Source of the DNA: Podarcis vaucheri
Lineage: Eukaryota
Assembly (NCBI GenBank): GCA_965113315.1
Contig: OZ220370.1
Length of the DNA: 64,000 nucleotides
Strand: one strand, 5' to 3'
This document shows, in pieces, positions 37,238 through 50,473 of this stretch. The translations under genes and the position numbers were made by a program. Every line of letters begins with the position of its first letter. Positions within the stretch are counted from its first letter, which is position 1. The notes beneath the pieces were generated by a model. The model was not told the origin of the DNA. It saw nothing but the letters and a program-made list of their open reading frames with translations, and did not search any database.

Positions 37238-40200
37238 TGCTGTCTATTTTTCTCCCTGCCTATCTAGGCCTCCTGTAAGAGTTGCAACAGAACTGCTTTC
37301 TTTCAACAAATTATCTAACACTTACATGAGATGCTGTCTGGTAGAGCTCTTTGGGTGCGTTTTCTGTAACTGTTGCACTGCAACAGAGAACTGGGATTTG
37401 TGCACCCATAAACTGAATTAATGTGCAGCCCTATACATTTATCAAAAGGAAGTCTCACTGAGTTCTATGGGACTTACCACCAGGTAAGTGTGTATAGGTT
37501 TGCAGCCGTATTGAGGAGACATGCAAAAGCAGCATCTGACACAGATCTCTAACATTTCACAGTGCAAGTATAACCTTAAGAGTTTTCTGTTTTGAAGGGA
37601 AACAAATTAGTGTTTCCCTAATGTGTTAAAATCCAACAAAAAGAACAGAAAACAAATGAAAAAAGTTTGGTCACTTTGTGAGTCTCTTGCCTCAGTCACT
37701 GTATTTTAATGCCGGCTAAGAGGATAATAAAACCTCTATACCTCAGGCAACTGACAGTATAGTAAAAAAAATCTTTAAAAAGCTTCAACCCTCACAGAAA
37801 ATCCATAACAATTAAAGTGCAGAATTCAGATCTCGAGCTGGTGTAAATCTAGATATACGCCAACAATATCAAGGGAAATACAGGGTTCCGAATCTGGCCC
37901 ACAGAGCTTTTCACCCTCAAAAGGGAGCACAACACAAAGCATGCTTAACTTCTATTGTCACATGCATCTAGTTTAATAACCAGAAAATGGGCTTTTGACA
38001 ACAATAGTACTTCAAAATGACAGTGTAATTAAATTTTAAGTCAAAGCCATCCAATGATAGCCTGTACATTTATGTAAAACCAGCAAATGATATGCTTTCA
38101 AGCATGTCGGTACTTTCAAGAGAATTAACCATTAAAATAATTTGACTAAGGAAGTTGTAGTGAACAAAACAAACAAACATGATGCCCCAGGAAGTTTTTT
38201 TTAAAACTAATACACACAGATTCAAATAGAAAAGAAATTAAAAACTGTCTTGTAATATTCACTTTCTGTATATTGCAAATGAATTCCTGTGTTGTCTAGT
38301 GGTTGATATATACTCAGGGTAGACTTAACTGACTTTAATGTGTCTACTCTGAGTATAACCCAATGCCAACCCCCTTCAAACTATGGCTTCATATTCTGGG
38401 TTGTGGCCAATAGTTATTCAGCCATGGTTACGTATGCAGATATAATGATTAATGTTAAGCTTTATGTCTGTATAATAGTAGAATATTAACTATTAGATGA
38501 GTAGCATATTGTGATTGTTTTCCCCTCTTTTTTATTTAAATTAAGATATTTCATTATTTGTCTTTACAATGTTATTATATACTGAAAGAATTTAACAAAC
38601 ACGTTGTGATTGTACTCCCTTGGGATCAGTGTAAATAATCTCAAAGTTCTTCTTGAAACAAAGATTTCACACTTTATCTGCAGTTCCTTTGTTCAGATCC
38701 TTCACAAACATTTTTCTCCACAGGGCAAGTAGGAATACCTCTAGAAGACTTGGAAGAGAAACTTTACCAAAGTGACAGCTCTTTTCTTTTAGGTAACAAA
38801 TTACTAGCAGAAGTGTGTGGTACTTTTTGTGAACTAGTTACTTTTCTGGGCAAATTATCTGCAAGTCTTCTTAAGAGGGAGGATTATTTTATACTTACTC
38901 ATATATGAATGTGAACAAAATCATCAGGAAACATTCTTTTGAAAACAGGGAAGAAACTGCTGTTTTGTCTATTATGATAGGTGTGAATTGCAGCTAATTG
39001 CACTACCAAATTGAACTCCAGCAATTCATAGTTAAAGATAGAAACAGCAACACAATTCCAAATATCAAGAAACTAGTTTTGAAGAATATTCCAAGTTGTC
39101 TTATCATTTTTGAAACCTACTAATTAGTGAACCAAATATATGGAATTTATTTCCTTGCTTTAAATGAATCAAGGAAGTACTTTATTAAAGTCAGGATTTA
39201 ATAATCTAAAACCAATAAATTCCTCTTGCATTTGAGATTCAATTATTGTTATGAAAGCACTAGGAAGGTCTGTAAAAATATAATTATGAGCAGACACTGT
39301 TGAATAGAATACGTTAAATACAGAAGAAAGCTTTTGTTTCAAGGATCAGTTTGATTTGTGGCTCCATTTTTTTAAAAAAATCTTTTTCATTTATGTTAAT
39401 GGCTTGATCTATGCAGCAATATTTGTAGAAGAAAGAAACAATGGATAGAATCAAATTAGTTTTTATTTAAGATAGATTTGAAACTCACTGAAACTAATCC
39501 TCTTGATCAGCGCCATAATTTCTAAATTAGCTGCAAAGTAATTTCTATGATATTCACAGCTTATAAAACAACAAAATTAATACATTTTTCTTACTCTGAG
39601 GCCCTCTACTGACAATTAAAATTCTCTCTCTCCCTCTCTCTTTGTATAGAAAAATCTGTCTAGCTGTAAAGTATTAGCAATATATTTCACACAATATATG
39701 TTTCTCACAGAACAGAAATAAATAAACAATTTTAATATTTTTGTGTTTCTTGAGATTTCTGCCAGCTTTTATGGCATTGAAGGCTGAAGAAATGGGAACC
39801 GCCTATCTTTTTGTTCTCATTCCGGTTATTATGCCATTTGGGGAAAAAGGATAGAGGGAATTTTTAAAAAGTAGGTAGCTTTCACAAATCATATGACAGC
39901 TTGGTAAAAGGCTTTCACATGTACAAAAAACACTCAGAACGAGAAAAGTGGGTGAGGGGAGATGAGAACATAGATATTATACTATTTTATCCTTCTATGA
40001 ACACTACCCCTGCCACATAGCAAGCACATTTTGGTACAGGGAGGAAACTGATTTGGGGACAATCTTTTTCTGTAATAAAATTTCAATTCCTATTTAGGAT
40101 AAGAAAGGTCCTTGTTATAATTTACAAAATCGAGAATGACTTTATCAAGAGGGCTAACAGAAAAGTCTTGCAATGAAGCAAGCCATCTCACAATGAGTTC

Positions 40201-40414
40201 TGTGGAAAAGTACTCTGGAAGAGGTATTTCAATGGCAAACCTTTGGTCAATCATTTCTATCTAACTGAATCCCAAAACTACATCTGGTAGTATATATCTG
40301 GTATATTACTGAAGTAAAAGAGGGTTCTTGTGTTATTTAAGGAATCCAAACAATATACCTTAGAATTAATGTATGCACAAGAAATAAGAAACGAAATGTC
40401 ACGTGCAACTGTAC

Positions 40415-40529
40415 CATTTAGGAGAGGCTGCCCTTCACGAACTCCCCTGGATATGACTGCATTGTAAACGTCTTCGGGAAACCCAGTCTTGCATAATGTG
40501 CCTTCTTCACAAGTTGCCTTTATAGGTGC
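40415..40529 (-). CDS. CDH2: Cadherin-2 exon 2, start of prodomain
   Basis: Acceptor ttgcatttcag|GCA; encodes [38 protein letters not shown] plus 1 nt (115 nt); donor AATG|GTACAG, phase 1. Matches the CDH2 motif [16 protein letters not shown]...EGQPLLN and joins exon 1 in frame. Confidence 0.97.
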
Positions 40530-43500
40530 CTGAAATGCAAGACAAAATTTATGTAATACTCGCAACCCCATTCAATTGAGAAGCATTGCACTTGGCATAA
40601 ACCCCGATTTTGCTACTATCTTGTACAAACAACCTCTTTGTTTCTAAATGGCTGCAATTAGAATTCTGGGGGCAAAGGGTTAATCTTTTTGATAACTGGG
40701 ATGCAAGGAACAAATCCCACTTGTCTAGTAAGATCTAAATAATACACAATATAACTGAATGTTTCAGCTTAAACAGCCATTCAGGCTGAAGTAGAATTGT
40801 GGAAAAAACAAATTCATTTCTTCAAATAAAAATAAATGTTATGGAAAACTGATTATCAAGTTTGTCAGATATGAATCTGAGGCATTCAAGAGATTTAATG
40901 GCCAATTCAAAACATGTTCACTAAACCTGTCAATACATTTCAAGCTCTGCTCAACTCTGAATTTGTCTGATTGGATAAATGCAGTCATATAAAATCTCTA
41001 TAAACATTTGCAAATAAATGTTTTTAATACAATCGTCTTTGCTATAAAGTTACTGAAGAATAGTTACTCAGTTCACAAAGAAAGCCTGATTTGTTGTCTT
41101 TATGAAACTGTTAGCCCTTAATTTAAAAAAGTGTTTTCATGCAGCATTTTCATTAATGGGAGTAAACAGTAATCTAAGTTAAACAGTTAAAAAAACCCAC
41201 TCCTGTGTCATCTTACAGCACAACTTAAGCAATTCCAATCTAAGCAGGTTTCTACAGACAGACATTTAAAATTTAAATAGTCCTTTGAACTATCACTAGT
41301 AAGCCATTTACACTGTTTGTAGCTAATACCATCAATTGGAGGCTTTCTTTAATATAGCTGATCTACCTAAATGCCAAGTATGACATTAATAACCATGCTG
41401 TCTCCTGCTCTTACCTCATTAAAACATACAACATTGTACAATTTAACAACCCACTTCTGTAGTGAAAGAAGGCCAAATAAAAGATCTACGTGACCAGAGT
41501 CAAAAACTATACTAGGTGGTATTGTACATTTCATTACCATAAACATTTTTAATCAGAGGACTTCCACTTCCCAAGTATTTTGGTGTCATATGAACATTAA
41601 GCTGCACACAAAATTTGACTGCAATTATCTTAGGCACCTATAGACAAACGACTGTGCTAAACAAAATGCACATGATTTCTGAATTATAAGAGAATTATTC
41701 TGGAAAATGCTACGTACTGCTTTTAAACAACAACTGTAATAAACCCTGAAAATCAGAGCGGGAGGCAGTTCTTCAGCCCAAGATGCTGTCAGATTCCATA
41801 ATTTAATAAGCAAACTCAATGTAACTAACAAGGAGAGGGGGGGAAACAGACATCCTAACTACCCTTGAAACAAATAAATCCTGGGTGGGCAGCTGAGTAG
41901 ATAACAGGATTTTAACAAGCCTGCACTGATGTGCATGGGAATCAGTCGGCCTTTCCAGCACGCTATATCTGCTAAAACAACTCTTATAAACTGAAACAAT
42001 GCCCAATGAAACAAAGACTTGGGGACATGAATAAAGAGGCCTCTTTATGCTTTCATTTGCAACCTCTCAATTTTTCCCAGAGACAAAAGACAGCACTCTG
42101 TTCCCAAAAGCAAGTCTATTGTAAAGATTTTGTGGCCATAAACACATGAGAGGAATCAGAGATTCAAACTTTGACAATGCCTTAGCCTCTCGTGTTTTGC
42201 ATTTGGAATTAAATAAAACTGAATCTTGAATCACCACACAATCTGGGTCGTTTCAAGTTCAGTTGAAGAGTATGAAGCATCACAGCCATACATTTCTATT
42301 TTACATTTTTATTTCATGACACAGCAAAACAATTTAAAGCCCAACATTGTAATCTTCATAATACTGTAGAAAGGAAGCTGAAGCGTGTAAGAACACCACT
42401 CCTTTCTGTCTAGGGTGCAGACTTCTCCCCTGAATGAAGAACGTTGAAATCATAAAAACAATTCCCCTTTCCCCCTTGGGAAAACTATTCATAAAATGTT
42501 CTTTCTAGTAAAGATATGTCTGTAGAGATCTGTAAGAATCAAAGTAGCTTTTCATGGGAATTCTGCAGTTTTAAGATATGACCACCATTTTTTAAAAAGT
42601 CTGTTTATATATGCCTGGCAAAATTATAAAAACAAGAGTAAGGTGTTGTTTTTCAATTACTAAGCCATGGACCATTGCCAAACTAAGAGTGCTTCTTCCC
42701 GCCAGTCCTCTGCTAGAGATTTGGCTCAGCTGCTGCTGCTGCTGGGTGTGAAATCTCTGTTTTCTTCCTTCTGCAGAAGCAAATCAAACCAAACTTTGCC
42801 CTCCTCTCAGCAAGAAGATAAAGGCAACTGCGCACCTTACAGTTGCTATAGAGAGGCTGTTTTAAATCATCTCACATAACAGATGTCATATTATGATGAA
42901 ACATTTGTTTATAAAGAGAGGCTTGTGGATCATTCTTTTTGGACAGTTGTAAAAGCATGAATTGCAGGATGTGGGTGATGAACTACGACATAGCAACAGT
43001 TCAGCAGTAATAAACCCTGTGAAGCAATTTAAATGGGCTGTACACAGCAACTGTGACTTGCAAAGGGGCCTGAGATTTAAAAACAGCAAAAACTCACCTC
43101 ACCAGAGCCTAGAGTTCTCTAATAATCACTAGTGGGAAGCACTGGTATAAGGACCTAGGCAAAAATCCATCATAATTCTGCTCAACAGGCCTGGCTGGTC
43201 ATATGTTATATTTCCTATAGTCATGGAAATGTCCATGAAAAGAATAAAATACAGCATTTTGTTGTCTATTGGCGGGACTAATGAAATAGCTTAAAGTGAG
43301 GCCCACATAAATGTGATGTGAATGGCCTCTGAAATGCAGATCTGAATACACTCTACAGAGCCCTGCTGAAAGTGGAAGGGCAACATCAGCGCTACTGCAC
43401 AAGTACTAGACCATGAAAAATACCCTAAATGCCACCTTTATGAGGCACAGAAAATACTGCTAATATCTATTGTCTCTGTTCTTACAAAAGTAATTGAAGC

Positions 43501-45951
43501 AAAAATACTGCTATCAAAAATTGACAGCAATGTAAGAGAATTAAATATACTAGCTTAATGACCGGCATATATCCAGGGGTCTCTCTGAAGGTATGCCAAG
43601 GGATTGAGTAGGCTTAGATTGCTGCAGATCCATGGTTCCTCTGTCTTGACACACCATGTCCATGCCTCCACAGAGCTCTGAGTACATATGGAGAGTAACC
43701 CACAATGGCTAACCTTTCCATAGTTTTACTAGGAAACCTTGCCCTGTGGACCTCCCTCTCGAACTGTGGTGAGAGAGATCTGCTGGATGCAGCGGCCCAT
43801 CATCTGCTGTTCCTGGGACATTTGGGATTGCTCAAGCAGGCATCAGTTCTGGACAAGTTTAAGCAACTTTAAGCAGGTAACTACTCAAATGAACAGGATA
43901 GGCCGGTCTTTTAGTCGGTGAAATACTATTACGGGGAAAGAACTGAAACAAGCTGGCCTACAAACCACCTGCAGGAAATATGTCACTCAATTGGTTTTTA
44001 CTGAAATCAACAGAAACAAACTCTTAAGTAGATGGTAATTAAATTGCAGCTAGACAAAACATATCACATGTCACTAAAATGAAATTTTGCTTGGCTTAAA
44101 AAACATTTCAACTTTCACTCAAAACAACGAGAAAAGCAAAACACATACAGTATTCTGAATCTCTGCTAGATTAGTATCAAGGCTGAAAACCTAACTATAA
44201 TATTGATTTACAACTGAACTTTTTAAATCATCATTTTTATCAACCTTGTGCCAACAGTCTACTAATTACTTTTTAAATATTAGAAAACTGCTAACCCATC
44301 ACTGTAGATCAATCCAACTTGGCAGGGGGCAGAGCGACATTCCAGTTGAGGAAAAAATCTCAGTGGTCACTCAGCTGGATGCAAATAACTGATTCCTCAG
44401 TTAAAATACTTATTCTTTCTACATTACAGTGTGTTATCTCACTAAAACAGATTGTTTCAAAATATGTCAGTGCTTGGCCCAATAGACAAGCTTCCTTAGG
44501 CTGAAAATAATCGCATCTAAAGTGACAATATTTTTAAATTTTTAAAAATAATTATTGTTCGCTTGTAATTAGTAACTCATCTGGTTGACAGTCATAAGCA
44601 GCCACACCACTAAGGCAGGGAGCATAGATACAGATTGGTTTTCATTTTGCTTCTAATTGTATTTCACAGCTTTTAAATTTGTTGACCACTCAGAGAACAT
44701 GGTTAATTGGGCAATATGTAAATGCTGAAAAATAATAATTAAATGCTATATTATTTCCCTGACTGGGTAAATGGCAAGGCTTAGCCCTCCCCAGCCCTCA
44801 AATCTGCAGTCCCCTAGGAAGAATAGTAAGGGGAACAGGACCCCACCCCTAGCAGATCTCCAAGCAACCAGAAATCCTGATGAGCCATCTTCCCTACTCC
44901 AAGATCAGAGAACTACACACCAATTGCATAGCTTCCTGGCCTTGGACCCCGTCATCTCCCTAGGAGAGCAAATGGCAAGCCCAGTAGGAGTTTCAGGGCT
45001 GTGAGTGAAGCACCCAGCCAGCTTAATGTGAGGTTACTCAGAGAAAGAAGGATGTGTGTATAACCAGCCAACCAGATCAAGGCCTGGTTGAACCAGGAAA
45101 GGGAGCCTCCAACTCCCATATAAGCTCTCATTCTGGAATGATTCATTGCCGAAGCAACAGCACCCTTAGAGGTCCAAGCATTCCTAAACAGGTGAAACAG
45201 ACAATATCATTAAGCAGACAATAACATTAATTATTCTCTTCACCTTCTTGTCTAAAAGAGAGATTCGTATAGGGAAAAGATAGGTCTTGTGGCTGCATTT
45301 GTAGTCTTCTGCAAGAGAGAAAGGGAAACAGAGAACATAGACTGGGATAGTCAAGTACATCCCTAGATCCCTATGAGACTTCCAGCTTTAAGGCCAAATG
45401 CAAAAAAAAAGACTCACTCCTTTGGTATCAGGTATTTACAAGTAATAACACGAATCCACCCCACCCCAATTTAGGACAAAAGATGTGTAAGATCTGTAAC
45501 AGCTACACTGCAGGAGAAGGTAATGAAGGAGGGGAAAACATAAAACAGGATTGAGGAAGGAGATATTACCTATCCCCAATATATTATTTGCAACACTGCT
45601 ACCTTCAACCTTCTGATCATCATCTGATTGGAAGATAAACAAACTGTTCCCAGTTCTGCTCTTTCTGTTCAACATTAGAAGCTTCATTTGTCTCTCCAGA
45701 GTATGAGACTGTAAAATGAGCAGGAGGTCTTTTTGCTGCAAGTACAGCTAATCTCTTCTCATAAATCATTACATCTTCCAGGGATGTTCAGGGTCATCGG
45801 CAAATAATATAAAAAAAAATACTAGATAAGGGGGAAATGTTTGAAGGTATAATTTTCAACCGAATTGTACAGCCTCAGTATTAAATTAAAAGCCCATTAC
45901 AACTACTATGCCCCATCACTTGTAATATTGGTGTACAAATACTATCTAGAC

Positions 45952-46137
45952 CACAGGTAGTCAACCTTTTTATACCTACCACCCACTAATGCATCTTTCT
46001 AGGCGGTAAAATTTCCTTACCGCCCACCAGTGCTCAATGGAAGGAGGATTCAGCTTGTGCCATAGAGCCACCTACCACCCACCCATAATCCTGAAACACT
46101 CACTAGTGGGCGGTAGGGACCAGGCTGACAATCCCTG
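45952..46137. mobile_element. hAT (Charlie-like) MITE
   Basis: Perfect 8-bp TSD ATCTAGAC (45944-45951 / 46138-46145); imperfect TIRs cacaggtagtcaacct / aggctgacaatccctg; internal taccgcccac repeats. Confidence 0.92.
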
Positions 46138-46579
46138 ATCTAGACCTTAAATAGCCTAAATCACAGAACAACTGTTTCACTAGCTTTCACTGAACAGCCC
46201 TGATGTGGCGAGCATACTTGCCAGTCTGTAATCACATGTTTTTATATGATGTATCAGCAATGAACTAAGCAGAGATGAAGAAAGAGGGAGTACTGAAACT
46301 TAAACTTAAAGTGCAGGTGCATGCAAAGTGATCTGTCCCCACTTCTCAGGGACCCCTGAGCAGGAAGGTCTGGAGGGAAATTCTAACCACAATCTGCTGA
46401 ACTCGGTTGTAACCTCTCCACAGAACTGTGTTCAAGACTGAAATGAGGATTCTAACCACATTTGACTGATCACAGTTTAAATCTCTCTGCAGTCCTTTCT
46501 GCTCAATGTACGAAGGTTGGGAGAGGAAAAGGCAGGGCCTATATCAATGGGGCAGCGCCAGCATGTGCTCACACCCTAC

Positions 46580-47000
46580 TAGGGATGGAAATTCGGTTTT
46601 GTTTTTATTTCAACAAAAAAACAAACCCAACTTAATTCACACTTCTCACACCAATATGTGCATTAAAACACAGCTATCCTTCAAAATTCAGTTGTCTGGA
46701 TTTTGTGATGCAGTTTCCCCCCAAACAACATGTACCAAAATGCATATTTCGGGGGAAACGTGCCTAAAAAGACATACATATGTTAGTGAAAAGTACATAC
46801 AAAAATGCCTAATATTAGGGAATAGTGTTCCAAAAATGTGTGTATTAATCAAAACTGCATACAAAATTGTTTTTATTAGGAGAAATTTATGCTAAAGTGT
46901 TTTTTTAAAAAATAAAGTTACTGACTGCATAAATGTGGAGAACAAAATGTAAGATTGGAAGGAGAAACTTAAGTGAGCTGAAACAGATATTTTTCCATCT
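46580..47000. mobile_element. Degraded MITE-like DNA element (TAGGGATG terminus)
   Basis: ctagggatggaaattcggtt...aattcacacttctc, followed by repeated aaaatgcatat/attaggg units. Confidence 0.5.
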
Positions 47001-47265
47001 CAAACTCTTGCCATCTTTGAGGCCTCACACATTCTTCTGAACACCTCTACGGGGATAGGAGGGGGGAAATATCACATCTACCCTTAAAGTTTGAATAGGA
47101 CCATAAAATTTCACAATGCACACAGGGAAATGTGACCTAGAGCCACAAAGGGTTGTATCCAAGAAAGTTATACAGTGTAGACCCAAACAAGTTAATGGAC
47201 CCAAATCAGTCATGTCCATTAATTTACATGGGTTTACTCTGAATAGTACCAAAATTGAATAGAAC

Positions 47266-47335
47266 CATAGCTGTCAAGTTTTCCCTTTTCTTGCGAGGAA
47301 TCCTATTCGGAATAAGGGAAACGTTGACAGCTATG
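47266..47335. mobile_element. 70-bp hAT-type mini-MITE
   Basis: Perfect 12-bp TIRs CATAGCTGTCAA / TTGACAGCTATG; 8-bp TSD aatagaac/aacagaag (6/8). Confidence 0.82.
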
Positions 47336-47499
47336 AACAGAAGACAACATCATCCTACACATGGAAAACTCACAAGTCAGGGAGGTTTCTAGTTGACCTT
47401 CTGATTATCTTTCCACCTCCAAATGTGTGTTTCTCCTCACTTATTTTGAGAAAATACATACCATAACAACAAACAAAAACAACACACACACACACACCA

Positions 47500-48270
47500 G
47501 TTTAAAAGGCCGTAAGTTTGTTTAATTAGCCAAAGAAGAGAAGTGTTTTTGCCTGGTACCTAAAGATGTATAACGAAGACGCCAGACAAACCTCCTTGGG
47601 GAGAGCATTTCACAAATTGGGAGCCATCACAAAAAAGGCCCATTCTCATGTACCTGCACACAAGCATGGGCCTCAGGTGATGATCGCAGGATTTGGGTCA
47701 GTTCATCTGGGGAAAGGCGGTCCTTGAAGTATTGCGGTCCTGAGCTGTTTCAGGTTTTCTAGGTCAAAACCAGCACTCTGAACTGGTCCCAGAAACTAGA
47801 GTTGGCCCAGGATTGGCATTATATGCTCAAACAGCCTTGCCCAGGCAAGTAACCTGGCTGATGAATTCTGCACCAGCTGAAGTTTCCGAAACGTCTTCAG
47901 AGGCAGATCCACATATAACATGCTGCAGTAATCTAACCTAGAGGTTACCAGAGCACAGATGGCTGAAGTTAGGCTATCCCTGTCCATGCAGGGGGACAGC
48001 TGGGCCACCAGCTGAAGGTGATAGAAGGCACCACCGAGGCCACCTGAGGCTTAAGTGACAGCAATGGACCCAGAGGAACCCCAAGCTGCATATCCGTTCC
48101 TTCAGAGGGAGTGTAACCCCATCAAGAGCAGGCAGTATACCATCCATCCAGTCTAAGGAACCACGCACTAACAGTGCTTCAGTCTTATCTCAATTGGGCT
48201 TCAGTTCATTGGCTCTCATCTACTCCATTATTGAGGAAGGCAACGGTCCAGCACATCCACTGTCACACTG
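47500..48270 (-). mobile_element. L2 LINE fragment (RT C-terminal region)
   Basis: ORFs LDGVTLPLKERICSLG and ALVTSRLDYCSMLYVDLPLKTFRKLQLVQNSSARLL are diagnostic L2 ORF2 motifs; frameshifted. Confidence 0.92.
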
Positions 48271-49589
48271 CTGGGTTGCCTACATACACTGTATAAAAGG
48301 ATGGGGAGGTCCTTTCTCTGTACTAAACCTTTTACTTGTCTCATATTTCCCTATGTGATTTTCCCTTCACGTTGTTTTTTTAGTGATATAAATAGCCTAG
48401 CTTGAACAACACTGCGAGTAGTAACCTTTATAATAATAAATGCCAATGGAAGTGTGGGAACTGTCATCTCTCCTAAAATTAAGAAAACTAACCTCTGTTG
48501 AGCCACAGGTCTGTATGATGCATTTCCTTAGTATGCACTGAAACTCTGACCCCAGTTTTGAAGTCCTTGCACACTACAGCAATTTTAAATATTGAGTTCT
48601 CTTAACTAAATTAAATGCAGCTCTTGTGTTCCTTAATGCTTCAAAGCTCTTGGAAGTCAGTGGAGGCGCCCATCAGCGCAAATGTGTTGTGGGTAGGGCA
48701 GCCAATTTTAAACTGTGAAGTTTGTCAAAACACATCCCTTAGACAAAGAGATGAACTGATTTTACAACGGCAGAAGAGAAACACTTACAGTTAAATTGAT
48801 TGGTCAGCTTTGCAAGGATGAAGTGGTATGTCTACTCTTTGGTTTATTTCATTTGACAACAGCACTTTCAGAGCCCAGGTTTGCAAAGGCAGTTGTGCAT
48901 GCTTAAGAGTTATGGTTATAAAAGCCCACTGGAATTAACTGTAGTAATTTTCAAGGCTTAAACCTTGGTATGCTACCAAACAGAACTAGTTTCTTCATCT
49001 AAGTTTTAGGGGAGAAAGGACAAAAACATGCTAATGACAAAACATATTCCTGAAAGGTTACACAGAAAAGGTTAATGTATCCTCATGGGGGAGACTTTTC
49101 AAGTCTATTTAAAAAACAAAAACAAAATTCAGTTCACAGAATACTTACAAAGTAAAAAACAAAAGGATATTTTAAAAACCATAGTTAACTCACTACTGTT
49201 TCTGTTCCCTAGCAGAACATAAGATATATAGCTGTGTTTCACACTGGGACAGTACAGCAATAATTTGGTTCAAACATAAATGATATTGCAAGTTGTATTG
49301 TAGCTTAGGCCACAACCCTTTATCTCTAGGTATGCATTAAGGCAAAGTAACAAGATTTCACATGGGCCAAAATTTCATAAAGCATTTTCAGCTACTTTTC
49401 TTTTCTTTTCTTTGTTTTAACTATAGCCTGAAAGGCCTAGAAAACCTTTTGTTTCCTATTACATTTTGTTAGGGTATCATTAACACTGAATGACTGAAGC
49501 GGGGGGGGGGGGATAGGCAATGTGCCAAATACAGGACTCAGGAGTAAACCTTTATTGTTTAGCCCCTTGTTTAATTAAATTAATTAATC

Positions 49590-50000
49590 TAAATTATTTT
49601 TAGGCTGCTTTTCTGGGCAAATGTCCCTGTAGCTTACAATACAATCCAGTTCAGTTCAGTGCAATGCAATGGAATTATGAAAAGAATAGTAATACAAAAT
49701 TTTGAAATAAAACTCAATACTACACATTTTTTTCCCCCAACAGAGCAAAATGACACCCAACCCTAATTCCACTAGGCCATCACACAGCTAATAAGCATCA
49801 TGCCTAGAAGGCCAAATGAAAAAGACAAGTTTCAGGGCCTTCCAAAAATTCTGCAATGTAAAAATTTGATACAGGTCCAATGGAAGGGAATTCCATAGCC
49901 ATCAGGCTACCGCAGAGAAGGATTTGTTTCCTTGTGGTCACCCACCATACCAGCTGTGGGGAGAGAAGACACATTAGAAGAGTCTCCAAAGCAGATCAAA
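49590..50000 (-). mobile_element. Degraded L2-like 3' end
   Basis: ggaagggaattccatagcc...ctaccgcagagaagg pattern plus an A-rich reverse tail. Confidence 0.5.
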
Positions 50001-50473
50001 GTCAGCAGCATATTGCATGACAGGGTGGTGGTACTCAACTGTCCATGGTTGGTTGTGCTGCTACTTGTTGCAGAAAACAGAGGGAAAGGGCCCAAGGCAG
50101 TTGCGAGGTGCAAATGCACTGACAGGAGCACCTGACTGGCTCCACTGGTGCATTTGCACAGCACCGACCTCACTGATGCCCTGCCCCTCCCGCTCTACCT
50201 CCTGGTAAGCCGTAGTAATGTGACCAACCAGAGGTCAGGTGAGCACTGCCATTCCACCACACTGCCTACTACAGCTTAATGTGTGGCCAGATAGTATGTC
50301 TGCAGGTGCTCAATAAATAGTTTGGACCCAAACGGTTCCAAGGTGTGTTAGGACATTGTTGGCCGGTGATGAAATATCACACTGGAAATTCTTTCTTCCT
50401 TTCCATTTGTATTAATCATTGTCTAACACTGAGAATGGTTACTATTGTACAAATAAAAAGGAAGAAAGGACAA

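Larger units (their letters stand above)
1..40414 (-). other. CDH2: CDH2 intron 2 (partial, continues beyond the window)
   Basis: Starts at the exon 2 donor. No ORF resembling exon 3 (V-x-F-x-x-C...F-K/R-V-x-E-D-G) was seen. CDH2 intron 2 is very large in other amniotes. Confidence 0.85.
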
